Positions 41,427 to 50,650 of a DNA stretch of 64,000 nucleotides are shown here, piece after piece. The notes below the pieces were generated by a model. That model was given only the letters and a program-made list of their open reading frames with translations, ran no database searches and had not been told where the DNA came from. The position numbers and the translations under genes were made by a program. Positions within the stretch are counted from its first letter, which is position 1. Each line of letters starts with the position of its first letter. The stretch is from a virus (taxonomy: Duplodnaviria > Caudoviricetes): IMG/VR virus record IMGVR_UViG_2974666281_000001, positions 96,001 through 160,000 of that record, one strand, 5' to 3'.

Positions 41427-41528
41427 TTACACCACTATCACAAAAGCAAATACAGTTACTATTGCCAGTAGAGCTAACGCAAGACCAGCACAAAACAGAG
41501 TAGCACCAAGAGTTAGATTACTTTTCAC
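41427..41528 (-). CDS. putative 33-aa single-pass membrane peptide (absent from ORF track)
   Basis: GTG start, MKSNLTLGATLFCAGLALALLAIVTVFAFVIVV*; AAGGA SD upstream; overlaps o-spanin stop and ends at the hairpin. Confidence 0.6.
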   Translation of the reverse strand: MKSNLTLGATLFCAGLALALLAIVTVFAFVIVV

Positions 41529-41817
41529 AACGAGGTTCCTTCAAAGGAGCACGATAATAACAAATGACACCGTTTGCATCTTTGATGTAACGATTAACGT
41601 CATTCAGCCAAACACGAAAGTCTTGTGATTCATTATATGGCATTCCTACAAAAGCAATACCATCAATCATTTTAACTTGCCATTTGCCTTGCCAAGTCTT
41701 AATCGGGTCCGGCCAACTTGGGTCAACACGAACTATCTCATGAGGAGTCACAGGAACACTTTGAGAACACCCTACCATAAAGATAGATAAACATATAGCG
41801 AGAGCTTTTAAATTCAC
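41518..41817 (-). CDS. pseT.2: o-spanin (outer-membrane lipoprotein)
   Basis: Signal peptide with lipobox FMVG-C; PSWPDPI, RVWLNDVNRY, CYYR. Confidence 0.92.
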   Translation of the reverse strand: MNLKALAICLSIFMVGCSQSVPVTPHEIVRVDPSWPDPIKTWQGKWQVKMIDGIAFVGMPYNESQDFRVWLNDVNRYIKDANGVICYYRAPLKEPRCEK

Positions 41818-42170
41818 CTGGTCGCCTCCTGCATATCCTGTGTCAGCTTATCAAAGCTCATGTTAATCTGTTTTTCGACCAGTTTAGGTTTAGCAACGAC
41901 TAGATCGCTTCGTTTAGCGTCTTTAGCCATTTTTTGGTCTGATTTGTCTCGTTGACCACGATTTGCTGAACGAGACTCATCAATTTTTTTCAAACTATCA
42001 AAGCTTTTGACAAGGCCATCAAGCTGGTCGCTTTGGTCTTTAGCCACTTTCTGGATAATTTTTAAATCAGAATTAAGAGTGTCAATTCTAGATTCTTGAT
42101 ACTTAATAAACCCTAATCCACTAAAGAATACTGCAGCGATTAGGACATGGGTTAATGTTACTTTGAACAT
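41814..42170 (-). CDS. pseT.3: i-spanin
   Basis: N-terminal TM helix, coiled coil, AKPKLVEKQINMSF. Confidence 0.9.
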   Translation of the reverse strand: MFKVTLTHVLIAAVFFSGLGFIKYQESRIDTLNSDLKIIQKVAKDQSDQLDGLVKSFDSLKKIDESRSANRGQRDKSDQKMAKDAKRSDLVVAKPKLVEKQINMSFDKLTQDMQEATR

Positions 42171-42658
42171 AGCTTTTTAATAACCTCGACAATATCGTCT
42201 CTGGATAAGCCATTAACTAAAACGTGTCGCGCACTTTCAGATTGGACTTTATGAGAATTGTCAATCATCATGGCTACTTCATCAGAAGTTAATTCGCCAT
42301 GCAGGATACCGAGACGGTTATATTTGTCAGTTAATGGGTCACAAATAATATAAAACTTGTGACCGCCAATACGAACGTTTGGCTGAGTAATGTTAATGAA
42401 CACTTCAGCATTAGGCAGGTTGTTAGTAAGGAATTCAACCATATTATCAACCGCCTGAGGCATTGCTTCACGACGTTCTTCTGTTTGCTTAGAAGAATAT
42501 GCTTTAGCTTTAACTTTTGCAGCTGATTTACGACCCAGTGTTAAACGTAAGTCAGAAAGGAATCCGATACGCTTCTGTCCTTTGTAGACACTGATACCAT
42601 CATGACGGTCACCATATTCAGCCACAATCATGTCGTTAGAGATAAGTTGCAAGTTCAT
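42158..42658 (-). CDS. alc: Alc, inhibitor of transcription of cytosine-containing DNA
   Basis: MNLQLISNDM...YGDRHDGISVYKG, EERREAMP, ICDPLT; 166 aa. Confidence 0.92.
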   Translation of the reverse strand: MNLQLISNDMIVAEYGDRHDGISVYKGQKRIGFLSDLRLTLGRKSAAKVKAKAYSSKQTEERREAMPQAVDNMVEFLTNNLPNAEVFINITQPNVRIGGHKFYIICDPLTDKYNRLGILHGELTSDEVAMMIDNSHKVQSESARHVLVNGLSRDDIVEVIKKLCSK

Positions 42659-42665
42659 AATGAAT

Positions 42666-42719
42666 TCCTCATTTCGTTAGTGTGTAATCATCTTACCACA
42701 ACGAAATGAGGATGTAAAC
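42666..42719 (-). promoter_or_regulatory. alc early promoter inside an SD-sequestering hairpin
   Basis: GTTTACA-N17-TAAGAT; perfect 13-bp inverted repeat TCCTCATTTCGTT / AACGAAATGAGGA. Confidence 0.8.
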
Positions 42720-43891
42720 TACTCTTCTTCAATCACAACTTCTTTCTTATACTCATCTGGAACGTAGAACTTGAAATTTTTCATGAAGACAGCATTCAAC
42801 TGGTCTATAATAGTATCTGAGTTAATACCTTTTTCGTATGCTTTCATTAAGATTCCGAAGAAGTAAGGTTGGTCACAACCTTTAAGAATCGTTTGAGCTT
42901 TGATCGCAAAGTTCTTACGTTCTGTACCACGAAGTTCTTCATAGATGCCTTCAATAAGACCAATACCGTTGCTCAAGTAGTCAAGATGGATTTTTTCGAA
43001 AGCATCAATCTTATTAATAGCCCAATCATCACCAGCGAACATACCACGAAGGTCGTCAGAAGCACCATTCACTACGGCATTAAACAGAGCTTCGTTCTTT
43101 GTAATTGAGTCTTTAGTACGATGCAATGCAACATACCATTCTGTTTTGATTTTAAACTGAAGACCACTTTCGAGTTGCATCACAAAACCTTCGATGCCTT
43201 CCATCGCTCTAATTTCATCAATATACGTTTCAGTATTAGGCAAATCATATGCTTCTACTAAAAATGGACGCAGAGCAGGGTCTTTGAATAATTCTTTGTA
43301 TGGAACATATTCACCAGTAATGTTATTACGAATATTTAGCAGAATAAGAGCTTTTTTCTCGTAAGGAAGAACAATACGATTGTTAGGAGCTACATATTCC
43401 ATGTTACAAGTATAACCATCTTTAGTGATTTCAGTAACTCTAAGTCTGAATTTTTCGTAAGCTGGAGTATTGATAACTTGTAATGCAGAGTTAGCTTGTT
43501 CAGAAGAAATAGAAGCTTTAGACTTCATGAACAGAAGATTATTATCAATAAAGGTAGAAATCAAAGAGCCATCAGCCTTAGCCATAACAACAGAGATTTT
43601 ATTAAGGTCTAAGTTCATGGTAAATGGAGTTTCGTTCAGATTAAAGAACTTTTCCATAGGACGAGCGGCAATTCGTGTTGGTTTACCATCTACCATTTCG
43701 AACATAATACCACGGCATTCTAAAGCATCAGGTAAACACCAATCTGTGTAAGATGCGTAGTTATAACTAAAAATACGATACATACCACCAAAAGCGGTCT
43801 GGAAGTCTCTGAAGAAGAATTTAGACTGGTCCTTAGGGTCAGTCAGTTTCATCAAATTTTTGTACAAATTATGTTCTTTTTTAGAAATCAT
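42719..43891 (-). CDS. rnlA: RNA ligase 1 / tail fibre attachment catalyst
   Basis: IFSYNYASY, ALECRGIMFE, RPMEKFFNLNE, motif I KADGSL, KIKTEWYVALH. Confidence 0.97.
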   Translation of the reverse strand: MISKKEHNLYKNLMKLTDPKDQSKFFFRDFQTAFGGMYRIFSYNYASYTDWCLPDALECRGIMFEMVDGKPTRIAARPMEKFFNLNETPFTMNLDLNKISVVMAKADGSLISTFIDNNLLFMKSKASISSEQANSALQVINTPAYEKFRLRVTEITKDGYTCNMEYVAPNNRIVLPYEKKALILLNIRNNITGEYVPYKELFKDPALRPFLVEAYDLPNTETYIDEIRAMEGIEGFVMQLESGLQFKIKTEWYVALHRTKDSITKNEALFNAVVNGASDDLRGMFAGDDWAINKIDAFEKIHLDYLSNGIGLIEGIYEELRGTERKNFAIKAQTILKGCDQPYFFGILMKAYEKGINSDTIIDQLNAVFMKNFKFYVPDEYKKEVVIEEE

Positions 43892-44301
43892 TTCTTTACC
43901 TTATGCTGGACATTCCAGGGTGGATTGAATAGTTTAATGAACATCGGCTCTTCGAGGTCCATTGTAGCAACAGACATTGTGCCTAATTCGTTAGTCATGC
44001 TTAAATTAAAACATTGACGAGCATAGAATTCGACCTTCTTATCGTCCATCAAAGCTTCATGGATTAAAACTGATTTGGTAGAATCACTAGTATAACTCGA
44101 ACGATTTATAGCAGTTCTATAGTAGTTGATGCGTTTACGTAAGTTTTTAGTCTTACCAATATACATCAATTCATCGTCTACAGCAATTGCATAGATTACG
44201 TTTGATTTATTTGGGACTGAAATTAAATCAATCTCTCCGTCTTTGTTCATTTTGAGTTGAGCATATTTTATAAAAGAATATTCGTCAGCAAATAGTTTCA
44301 T
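43888..44301 (-). CDS. denA: endonuclease II (GIY-YIG)
   Basis: VIYAIAVDDELMYIGKTKNLRKRINYYRTAIN, EEPMFIKLFNPPWN. Confidence 0.96.
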   Translation of the reverse strand: MKLFADEYSFIKYAQLKMNKDGEIDLISVPNKSNVIYAIAVDDELMYIGKTKNLRKRINYYRTAINRSSYTSDSTKSVLIHEALMDDKKVEFYARQCFNLSMTNELGTMSVATMDLEEPMFIKLFNPPWNVQHKVKK

Positions 44302-44307
44302 TGCAAT

Positions 44308-44330
44308 AAAGGGAGACCGAAGTCTCCCAT
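44308..44330 (-). terminator. terminator/hairpin after nrdB
   Basis: GGGAGAC-TTCG-GTCTCCC-TTT on the minus strand. Confidence 0.75.
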
Positions 44331-44333
44331 CCT

Positions 44334-45512
44334 TTAGAGATATTTACGGAAGCTAGTCAGAACATTTTCGTCAACGTCATTATCAATCTGGGCTACAAGA
44401 TAAGAAGATAAATCAACTTCTTGTGGAGCAGATTGGACTGCATCACTATTTAAGTATTCACGAATCCACGGTAATGGATGGCGCTGAGGAGCGTCAGTAA
44501 TCGGACAAGGCAACCCACAACTACGCATGCGTGATACTGTAAGGTAATCAATAAAGTTGCTCAGGATTTTAATGTTTAACCCAGGCATACCACCGTTACG
44601 GAACAAGTGGACAGCCCACTCTTTTTCCTGGCGATTAACTTCCATGAAAATATCTACTGCTTCCTGTTCGCACTCTTTAGCAATTTCTACCCATTCATCG
44701 CCGTCAGTACCCATCTGCCATTGACGAATAATGAATTGAGTACCTTTAAGATGAAGCTGTTCATCACGAGCGATGAACTTCATAATCTTACTGTTGCCTT
44801 CCATGATTTCCATGTTCTTATGGAAGTTGAAAGTACAAGCGAAAGATACATAGAAACGAATTGCTTCAAGGGCGTTGATAACGTGCATACACAGATAAAG
44901 TGCTTTCATCAATGAACGTTTAGCATCATCTCGAGCCATTACGGCTTCACAATACATGTCGTAATCACGACCTTCACGTGAATGAAATTCTACTTCTGCT
45001 TTAGCGTTTTCCCAAAGACGAGTCTTAGTCAGAACATCATCATAATAAACACCAATAGATTCGGCACGGGCCATGATTGCATCGTCTAATACGATTTCAT
45101 CAAAAATCTTAGTTGGGTCATTAAACAGGTTACGCATGATATGAGTGTAAGAGCGTGAGTGAATTGTTTCACTGAACGTCCAAGTCTGGTTCCAAGTATC
45201 AAGGCTTGGGTCAGAAATCAGAGCGGATAATACTGCTGCAGGTGCACGACCTTGAATAGTATCAAGCAAACTCTGGTATTTCAGGTTGTTAACAAAGATT
45301 TCTTGCTGATGAACTGGCAACTTTTCATATTGCGCTCGGTCCATCATCAAATTAACTTCTTCAGGGCGCCAGAAGAAACTTAATTGCTTTTCAATTAGGT
45401 CTTCAAACGTTTTGTGACGTTGAATATCATAACGTGCAATACTTAATCCTGAACCGAAAAACATTGGCTCGTTCAAGACGTCTACTTGTTCTTTATTAAA
45501 AACTGTGCTCAT
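44334..45512 (-). CDS. nrdB: aerobic ribonucleotide reductase beta subunit, no intron
   Basis: FFWRPEEV, ETIHSRSY (Tyr radical), EAIRFYVSF, IARDEQLH; continuous 392-aa ORF. Confidence 0.98.
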   Translation of the reverse strand: MSTVFNKEQVDVLNEPMFFGSGLSIARYDIQRHKTFEDLIEKQLSFFWRPEEVNLMMDRAQYEKLPVHQQEIFVNNLKYQSLLDTIQGRAPAAVLSALISDPSLDTWNQTWTFSETIHSRSYTHIMRNLFNDPTKIFDEIVLDDAIMARAESIGVYYDDVLTKTRLWENAKAEVEFHSREGRDYDMYCEAVMARDDAKRSLMKALYLCMHVINALEAIRFYVSFACTFNFHKNMEIMEGNSKIMKFIARDEQLHLKGTQFIIRQWQMGTDGDEWVEIAKECEQEAVDIFMEVNRQEKEWAVHLFRNGGMPGLNIKILSNFIDYLTVSRMRSCGLPCPITDAPQRHPLPWIREYLNSDAVQSAPQEVDLSSYLVAQIDNDVDENVLTSFRKYL

Positions 45513-45706
45513 TTAACTTCCTCGTATCTGAATTCGACACTGACATATTCTTTAGGTGCAAAAGCTGTGCCAATCTTGATACCTTCCAGCATATTGTATA
45601 ATGCAGAATGTTCATTACGTTTGATTGGTACAGATTTCAATTTAGCTATTGTAAGTAGGCGTTCGTTTTTGCCTGAAAATTTGATATAAATTTTGTATTC
45701 TCTCAT
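45509..45706 (-). CDS. hypothetical protein between nrdA and nrdB
   Basis: 65 aa, ATGA overlap with nrdB and carries the nrdB SD (GAGGA). Confidence 0.7.
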   Translation of the reverse strand: MREYKIYIKFSGKNERLLTIAKLKSVPIKRNEHSALYNMLEGIKIGTAFAPKEYVSVEFRYEEVK

Positions 45707-45744
45707 TTTATTTTTCTCAAAAGGACATCCGTGTCCTCATTATA

Positions 45745-48000
45745 TCAAAGTTTACAAGAAGAGCAATCTTCTTCTTTTGGAACTTCAATTTCGTAATCAT
45801 CAGTACCAGAACCATCACGAGTATTGTGGTAATAAGCGGTCTTTCCGCCATAGTACCATAGATGAAGCATATCATCTATCATGACTGACATTGGAACCTT
45901 ACCTTTAGGATAGTTCTGTGGGTCGTAGTATGTGTTAGCTGAAATAGACTGACATACGAACTTCTGCATAATTGCTACTTGATTCAGGTAACCTTTATTA
46001 CCAGATTTCGCTAGCTTCCAAGCATAATCGTAAAGGTCAACGTTCGTTTCAACATTAGGTACTACTTGATTAAATGCACCTTCTTTAGATTCTTTAATAC
46101 TTACAGGACCACGTGGCGGCTCGATACCATTGGTACTATTTGATACTTGGCTCGAAGATTCGCAAGGCATAAGGGCCGAGAGCGTGGAATTACGAATACC
46201 GTAACTTCTGAGGTCTTCCCGCAACTGTTCCCAGTCACATACATATTTCGGAGCGGCGAGTTGGTCAATCTTTTTATTGTACCAGTCGATAGGTAATTCG
46301 CCTCTAGACCAACGAGTGTCTGAATAATATTCGCAAGCGCCTTTTTCTTTTGCGAGAAGAACTGAAGCCCGGATAAGTGCATATTGTAGTCTTTCCATCA
46401 TTTCATGAGTTAAATCGTTAGCATCATTGTATGAAGCAAAGTTATCAGTTAACCAAGCTGCATAGTTCGTGATACCAACACCAAGTGCACGACGTTTTTT
46501 AGCTTTCAGTGCTTCTGCTACTGGATAGCCTTGATAATCTAACAAATTATCTAAAGCACGAACTTGTACTTCAGCTAATTCATTGATTTCATCTTGGTTC
46601 TGCCAATCGAAGTTACCGAGTACATAAGCAGACAAAGTGCAAAGTGCGATTTCTGGGTCTTCACCACCAACGTCTTTAGTAGGTAGCGCGATTTCACAGC
46701 ACAAGTTTGATTGCTTAACCGTAGCCACATCACGAATAAAAGGACCATACTCACCGACGTTATCTACAAAGTAAGGATAAATTCGAGCTGTACCAGAACG
46801 TTCAGTAAAGAACAATTCGAAGAGCTCACGAGCTTTAATTCGTTTCTTACGAACCGTAGGGTCTTTTTCTAAAGCTTCGTAGAAATTACGGAACTTCAGA
46901 GGATCAGCAAAATATGCTTCATAGAGTTCGCCTTTCATGATGTCAGGACTGAACAACGTGATGTAATCATTTTTAATCAAGCGTTCAAACATCAAGTCAT
47001 TAATCTGAACACCATAGTCCAGATGACGAATACGGTTTTCATCTACGCCTTTGTTGTTCTTCAGAACTAACAGGTTTTCTACTTCAAGGTGCCACATAGG
47101 ATAATACAGAGTGGCTGCTCCACCACGTACACCACCTTGTGAACAACTTTTCACTGCAGTCTGGAAATGTTTCCAGAATGGAATAACACCTGTGTGTTTG
47201 ACTTCACCGTGACCAATCTTAGAACCTTCAGCACGAATCATGCCACCATTAATACCAATACCTGCTCGCTTACTGATATAACGAATAATAGCTTCAGCAC
47301 CCTTATTAATCGAAGTCAGTGAATCGCCACCTTCAATAACAACACAACTTGAAAATTGACGAGTTGGAGTACGCACACCTGCCATAATAGGGGTAGGCAA
47401 AGAAATCTTACGAGTCGATACAGCATTATAAAAACGAATCACGTTCTTAATGCGATGTTCGCCATCATCTTGGTGCAGACACATACCAATAAGCATAAAT
47501 GCAAACTGGGGTGTTTCGTAGATTTTACCTGTGCTACGATCTTTTACCAGATATTTTTCAATAAGCTGCATAGTGCCAGCATAAGTGAATTCGAAATCAC
47601 GAGAATGTTTGATTTGAGATTCAAACAACTCAATTTCTTCAGCAGACCATTTACTCAGAATCTCAGGGTCATATTTGTTTTCATTAACACAACGAGAGAT
47701 ATGGTCAATAAAACGAGGCGGTTCGAACTGATTGTAAACATCTTTACGAAGACCAAACATAGCCAGGTTACTTGCTACATATTGATAATCAGGTTCGTCT
47801 ATAGTGATACGGTTGGCTGCGACTTTAATAACGGCTTTATGGATTTCTTTAGTAGTCATTCCATCACGCAGATGGCTCTTTACTTCTTCGTACAAGTCAT
47901 AAGGGTCAATTGATGTATTTTCACATGACCATTCAAGGACTTGGGTGATTTTACTAGGTGTAAAATCTTGGCTTACGCCTGAACTCTTTATTACTTGCAT
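45745..48000 (-). CDS. nrdA: aerobic ribonucleotide reductase alpha subunit
   Basis: ATP cone, QFSSCVVI, SCSQGGVRGG, QSNLCCEI, C-terminal CSSCKL; 751 aa. Confidence 0.98.
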   Translation of the reverse strand: MQVIKSSGVSQDFTPSKITQVLEWSCENTSIDPYDLYEEVKSHLRDGMTTKEIHKAVIKVAANRITIDEPDYQYVASNLAMFGLRKDVYNQFEPPRFIDHISRCVNENKYDPEILSKWSAEEIELFESQIKHSRDFEFTYAGTMQLIEKYLVKDRSTGKIYETPQFAFMLIGMCLHQDDGEHRIKNVIRFYNAVSTRKISLPTPIMAGVRTPTRQFSSCVVIEGGDSLTSINKGAEAIIRYISKRAGIGINGGMIRAEGSKIGHGEVKHTGVIPFWKHFQTAVKSCSQGGVRGGAATLYYPMWHLEVENLLVLKNNKGVDENRIRHLDYGVQINDLMFERLIKNDYITLFSPDIMKGELYEAYFADPLKFRNFYEALEKDPTVRKKRIKARELFELFFTERSGTARIYPYFVDNVGEYGPFIRDVATVKQSNLCCEIALPTKDVGGEDPEIALCTLSAYVLGNFDWQNQDEINELAEVQVRALDNLLDYQGYPVAEALKAKKRRALGVGITNYAAWLTDNFASYNDANDLTHEMMERLQYALIRASVLLAKEKGACEYYSDTRWSRGELPIDWYNKKIDQLAAPKYVCDWEQLREDLRSYGIRNSTLSALMPCESSSQVSNSTNGIEPPRGPVSIKESKEGAFNQVVPNVETNVDLYDYAWKLAKSGNKGYLNQVAIMQKFVCQSISANTYYDPQNYPKGKVPMSVMIDDMLHLWYYGGKTAYYHNTRDGSGTDDYEIEVPKEEDCSSCKL

Positions 48001-48296
48001 AGGTCCTCTATCTCGAAGGTGTCTTTAAACAATTTATTAACGATATGAGCTATTATATCACCATGACAACGTTTTAGGTGACATGTGCAGCCCAGGCGCA
48101 TACCTCTTAATGTTTCGAGATGCGATTTTGTTATTGCTCCGGTTCTTATTTTCTCGACAAATTCAGACTGAAAAGCCGAGATAGCTTCATCTCGGCTGTC
48201 ACAATCCTTGCCGATGTAGTTTCCCCACATCGTTCCTCGCTGAATATTAACGTCGAAGTCGGAGTGGTATTTATTAACTACTCGGCATATCTTCAT
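47991..48296 (-). CDS. nrdA.1: NrdA.1-like protein (DUF4326-type)
   Basis: RVVNKYHSDFDVNIQRGTMWGN, LRGMRLGCTC...CHGDII. Confidence 0.88.
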   Translation of the reverse strand: MKICRVVNKYHSDFDVNIQRGTMWGNYIGKDCDSRDEAISAFQSEFVEKIRTGAITKSHLETLRGMRLGCTCHLKRCHGDIIAHIVNKLFKDTFEIEDLCK

Positions 48297-49153
48297 ACTG
48301 CCATTTTACCTTTAATAGAAGGATGGCTTTCATAGTCCTTCAGAACAAAATCTTCGTGCATCATAGCTTCAGTCACTTGTTGCAATTGACCTTCTGTTGA
48401 AGCAGAATCAAAGTTTTCAGCCCAATCAATTTCTAACTGGCACAACTCTTTTGGTTCGCGGCGCAAGATTTCTTTACACTGTTCTACATGATTCAAATAG
48501 ATGTGTGTATTGCCGCCTGTGAACACGAGTTCGCCAGGTTTAAGATTACACATCTTCGCTACAATATGCACTAGAGCGGCGTAAGAAGCAATATTAAACG
48601 GCAATCCTAAGAACACATCAACTGAGCGTTGATACCATTGCAGGTCAAGGAAACCATTACGGACGTTGAACTGGTAGAACATATGACAAGGAGGCAGAGC
48701 CATCTTATCAATTTCAGCAGGGTTCCATGCTGTAACAATCTGACGTCGATCATTAGGCATTTCTTTAATACGATTCACAATCTTGACCACTTGGTCAACA
48801 CCGCCGAAGTCACGCCATTGTTTGCCGTACACAGGACCTAGCTCACCATCATGATAGCCAAGGTCTTTCGCTTGGTTTTCATAGTTCTCGTCCCAAATAG
48901 TTTTACCATCAAGATAAGAACCATGAGTACGGAAACGCAGGTCATTGACATTAGTAGAACCTGACAGGAACCACAAGAGCTCAGCGATACATGCTTTCCA
49001 GGCTAATTTCTTAGTTGTTACTGCTGGGAAGCCTTTTTGGAGATCAAAACGAAGTTGTGTACCGAAAACAGCAATAGTGCCTGTTCCGGTACGATCGTCG
49101 ATTTCGTAACCTTCGTCAAAAATATGCTGAATGAGTTCTTGATATTGTTTCAT
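48293..49153 (-). CDS. td: thymidylate synthase, no intron
   Basis: DRTGTGT, ELLWFLSG, ALPPCH, YQRSVDVFLGLPFNIASY; continuous 286 aa. Confidence 0.98.
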   Translation of the reverse strand: MKQYQELIQHIFDEGYEIDDRTGTGTIAVFGTQLRFDLQKGFPAVTTKKLAWKACIAELLWFLSGSTNVNDLRFRTHGSYLDGKTIWDENYENQAKDLGYHDGELGPVYGKQWRDFGGVDQVVKIVNRIKEMPNDRRQIVTAWNPAEIDKMALPPCHMFYQFNVRNGFLDLQWYQRSVDVFLGLPFNIASYAALVHIVAKMCNLKPGELVFTGGNTHIYLNHVEQCKEILRREPKELCQLEIDWAENFDSASTEGQLQQVTEAMMHEDFVLKDYESHPSIKGKMAV

Positions 49154-49524
49154 CGGTATTCTTCTTGTAGAGGATAAAAGAGGATTTCGCGGCCTTGTTT
49201 TTCGAACCGTCCAATCATGATAATAGAATCATTAGTATAATTTATATTACCTAAAGCAGATGCACGAACAATTTGACCATAATGTGGGCAAACTTTAATT
49301 CGTCCTTGGTTATAAACACCTGGTCCGCCAGAGTAACACCAGAAATAATCAGAGCCACCACGAATAGCTTCTAAGGCTACTTCAATTTCGTAGATACCAT
49401 GCTCATATAAATCAGGAGCATATTTCTGTGGGTCCTTTTTATATTCAGCAATAGTAGGAGCTGAAATCAATGGACATAAAGGCCAGTTCTTTTGTTCTTC
49501 TAACTCAAGCAATGTTATGTTCAT
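49150..49524 (-). CDS. hypothetical protein (paralogue pair B; likely start MNITLLE)
   Basis: 124 aa; HGIY, ALGNINY and IGRFEKQG shared with upstream ORF. Confidence 0.75.
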   Translation of the reverse strand: MNITLLELEEQKNWPLCPLISAPTIAEYKKDPQKYAPDLYEHGIYEIEVALEAIRGGSDYFWCYSGGPGVYNQGRIKVCPHYGQIVRASALGNINYTNDSIIMIGRFEKQGREILFYPLQEEYR

Positions 49525-49846
49525 ATGGATAATCCAATGGGTTGATATAAACTTCTGAACCAGTCTTAGAAAAACGGCCAATGATAATCATGACAGGTCC
49601 ATTCTCAGAATCATAATACTTCACATTGCCTGCAGCATGACCTAAGAACCAAGTTTTAGTCGAATTACCAATATAAACTGGTTCGTTGCCTTTATGATTA
49701 TACATACAACAATCTTTAGACCACTGGTATAATTCATTGACTGGAATTTCTACACTATAGATGCCATGTTTATGGCGCCAGTTTTTCCAGACTTTTTGTT
49801 TTTTGTCTTCTTCAAGAAGAAGTAATTTATAGCCGAGTTTTGACAT
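49505..49846 (-). CDS. hypothetical protein (paralogue pair B)
   Basis: 113 aa; HGIY, AAGNVKY, IGRFSKTG. Confidence 0.75.
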   Translation of the reverse strand: MSKLGYKLLLLEEDKKQKVWKNWRHKHGIYSVEIPVNELYQWSKDCCMYNHKGNEPVYIGNSTKTWFLGHAAGNVKYYDSENGPVMIIIGRFSKTGSEVYINPLDYPYEHNIA

Positions 49847-50429
49847 AAACAGTCTCGCTAATAGAAGTAACTTCGTCGATTTTATAGAAATGGGTTTCTT
49901 TCATTTCGAACCCAGAGTTTTCCCAGGAAGGAGCAATAATAAAAGACATCGGTAGTTGTACGTCAGAATTAACTCTGTGACGTTTAGTGATTGAGGTCTG
50001 TATTACCTTGTCCGCAAAAGGATAAGCTTCCTGGAGTAATCCTGCACCACCTATCACTGAGTATACATTACTTGACGACATATAAATCAAGTCACCATTA
50101 ATATTCTGACAACTTTGTTGCTTAGTACCAAGCCATTCAGAAAAACCTAAAGGACTCATGTAGAGGTCAGCGAATAATCCATCTTGAGCTTGAGCGAAAT
50201 CACGTTTCATATCTTGAACAACGACATGTTTGCGGCCCTTGAGAGGAGAAGGTAAAGACATAAAGGTCTTTGCACCCATAATCAAAATAGTGCCTTCAGT
50301 ACGAGCCTTAAAGTTCTTTAGGTCTTGACTGATATGACCCCATGGAAGACCGCCATTTAGGCCAAAGGCGTATTCATTTTTACCTTCGACCGTTTTAGTA
50401 CCTGCGTATGCATAAATTAATTGAATCAT
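49827..50429 (-). CDS. frd: dihydrofolate reductase
   Basis: AFGLNGGLPWGHISQDLKNFK, IMGAKTFMSLP, SVIGGAG. Confidence 0.95.
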   Translation of the reverse strand: MIQLIYAYAGTKTVEGKNEYAFGLNGGLPWGHISQDLKNFKARTEGTILIMGAKTFMSLPSPLKGRKHVVVQDMKRDFAQAQDGLFADLYMSPLGFSEWLGTKQQSCQNINGDLIYMSSSNVYSVIGGAGLLQEAYPFADKVIQTSITKRHRVNSDVQLPMSFIIAPSWENSGFEMKETHFYKIDEVTSISETVYVKTRL

Positions 50430-50650
50430 GATTTTTTCGCCACTATGATGCTGAGGTCAAGGGAATGAATAAGACGACGAACAATTTCGATATTCGCTTC
50501 TCGTCCCAGACGTGAAAAGAAACCAGAAGTCATTTCGTTATATGATTCTTGGAAGCCGTCTCGCAACTTTTCTAGAGTCATTATAACACCTTCCTTTTTA
50601 GCTTTTTCCATAGCTTCTTGGTACTGTTCAAGTGTCATTTCTAATTTCAT
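50426..50650 (-). CDS. hypothetical protein (likely start MKLEMTL)
   Basis: 74 aa, TAATG coupling to upstream microprotein, ATGA overlap with frd. Confidence 0.75.
   Translation of the reverse strand: MKLEMTLEQYQEAMEKAKKEGVIMTLEKLRDGFQESYNEMTSGFFSRLGREANIEIVRRLIHSLDLSIIVAKKS

Noticed and set aside
44334-49153. Group I introns in td and nrdB, or inteins in nrdA, gp17 or uvsW
   Set aside because: All are continuous ORFs of about T4 mature length
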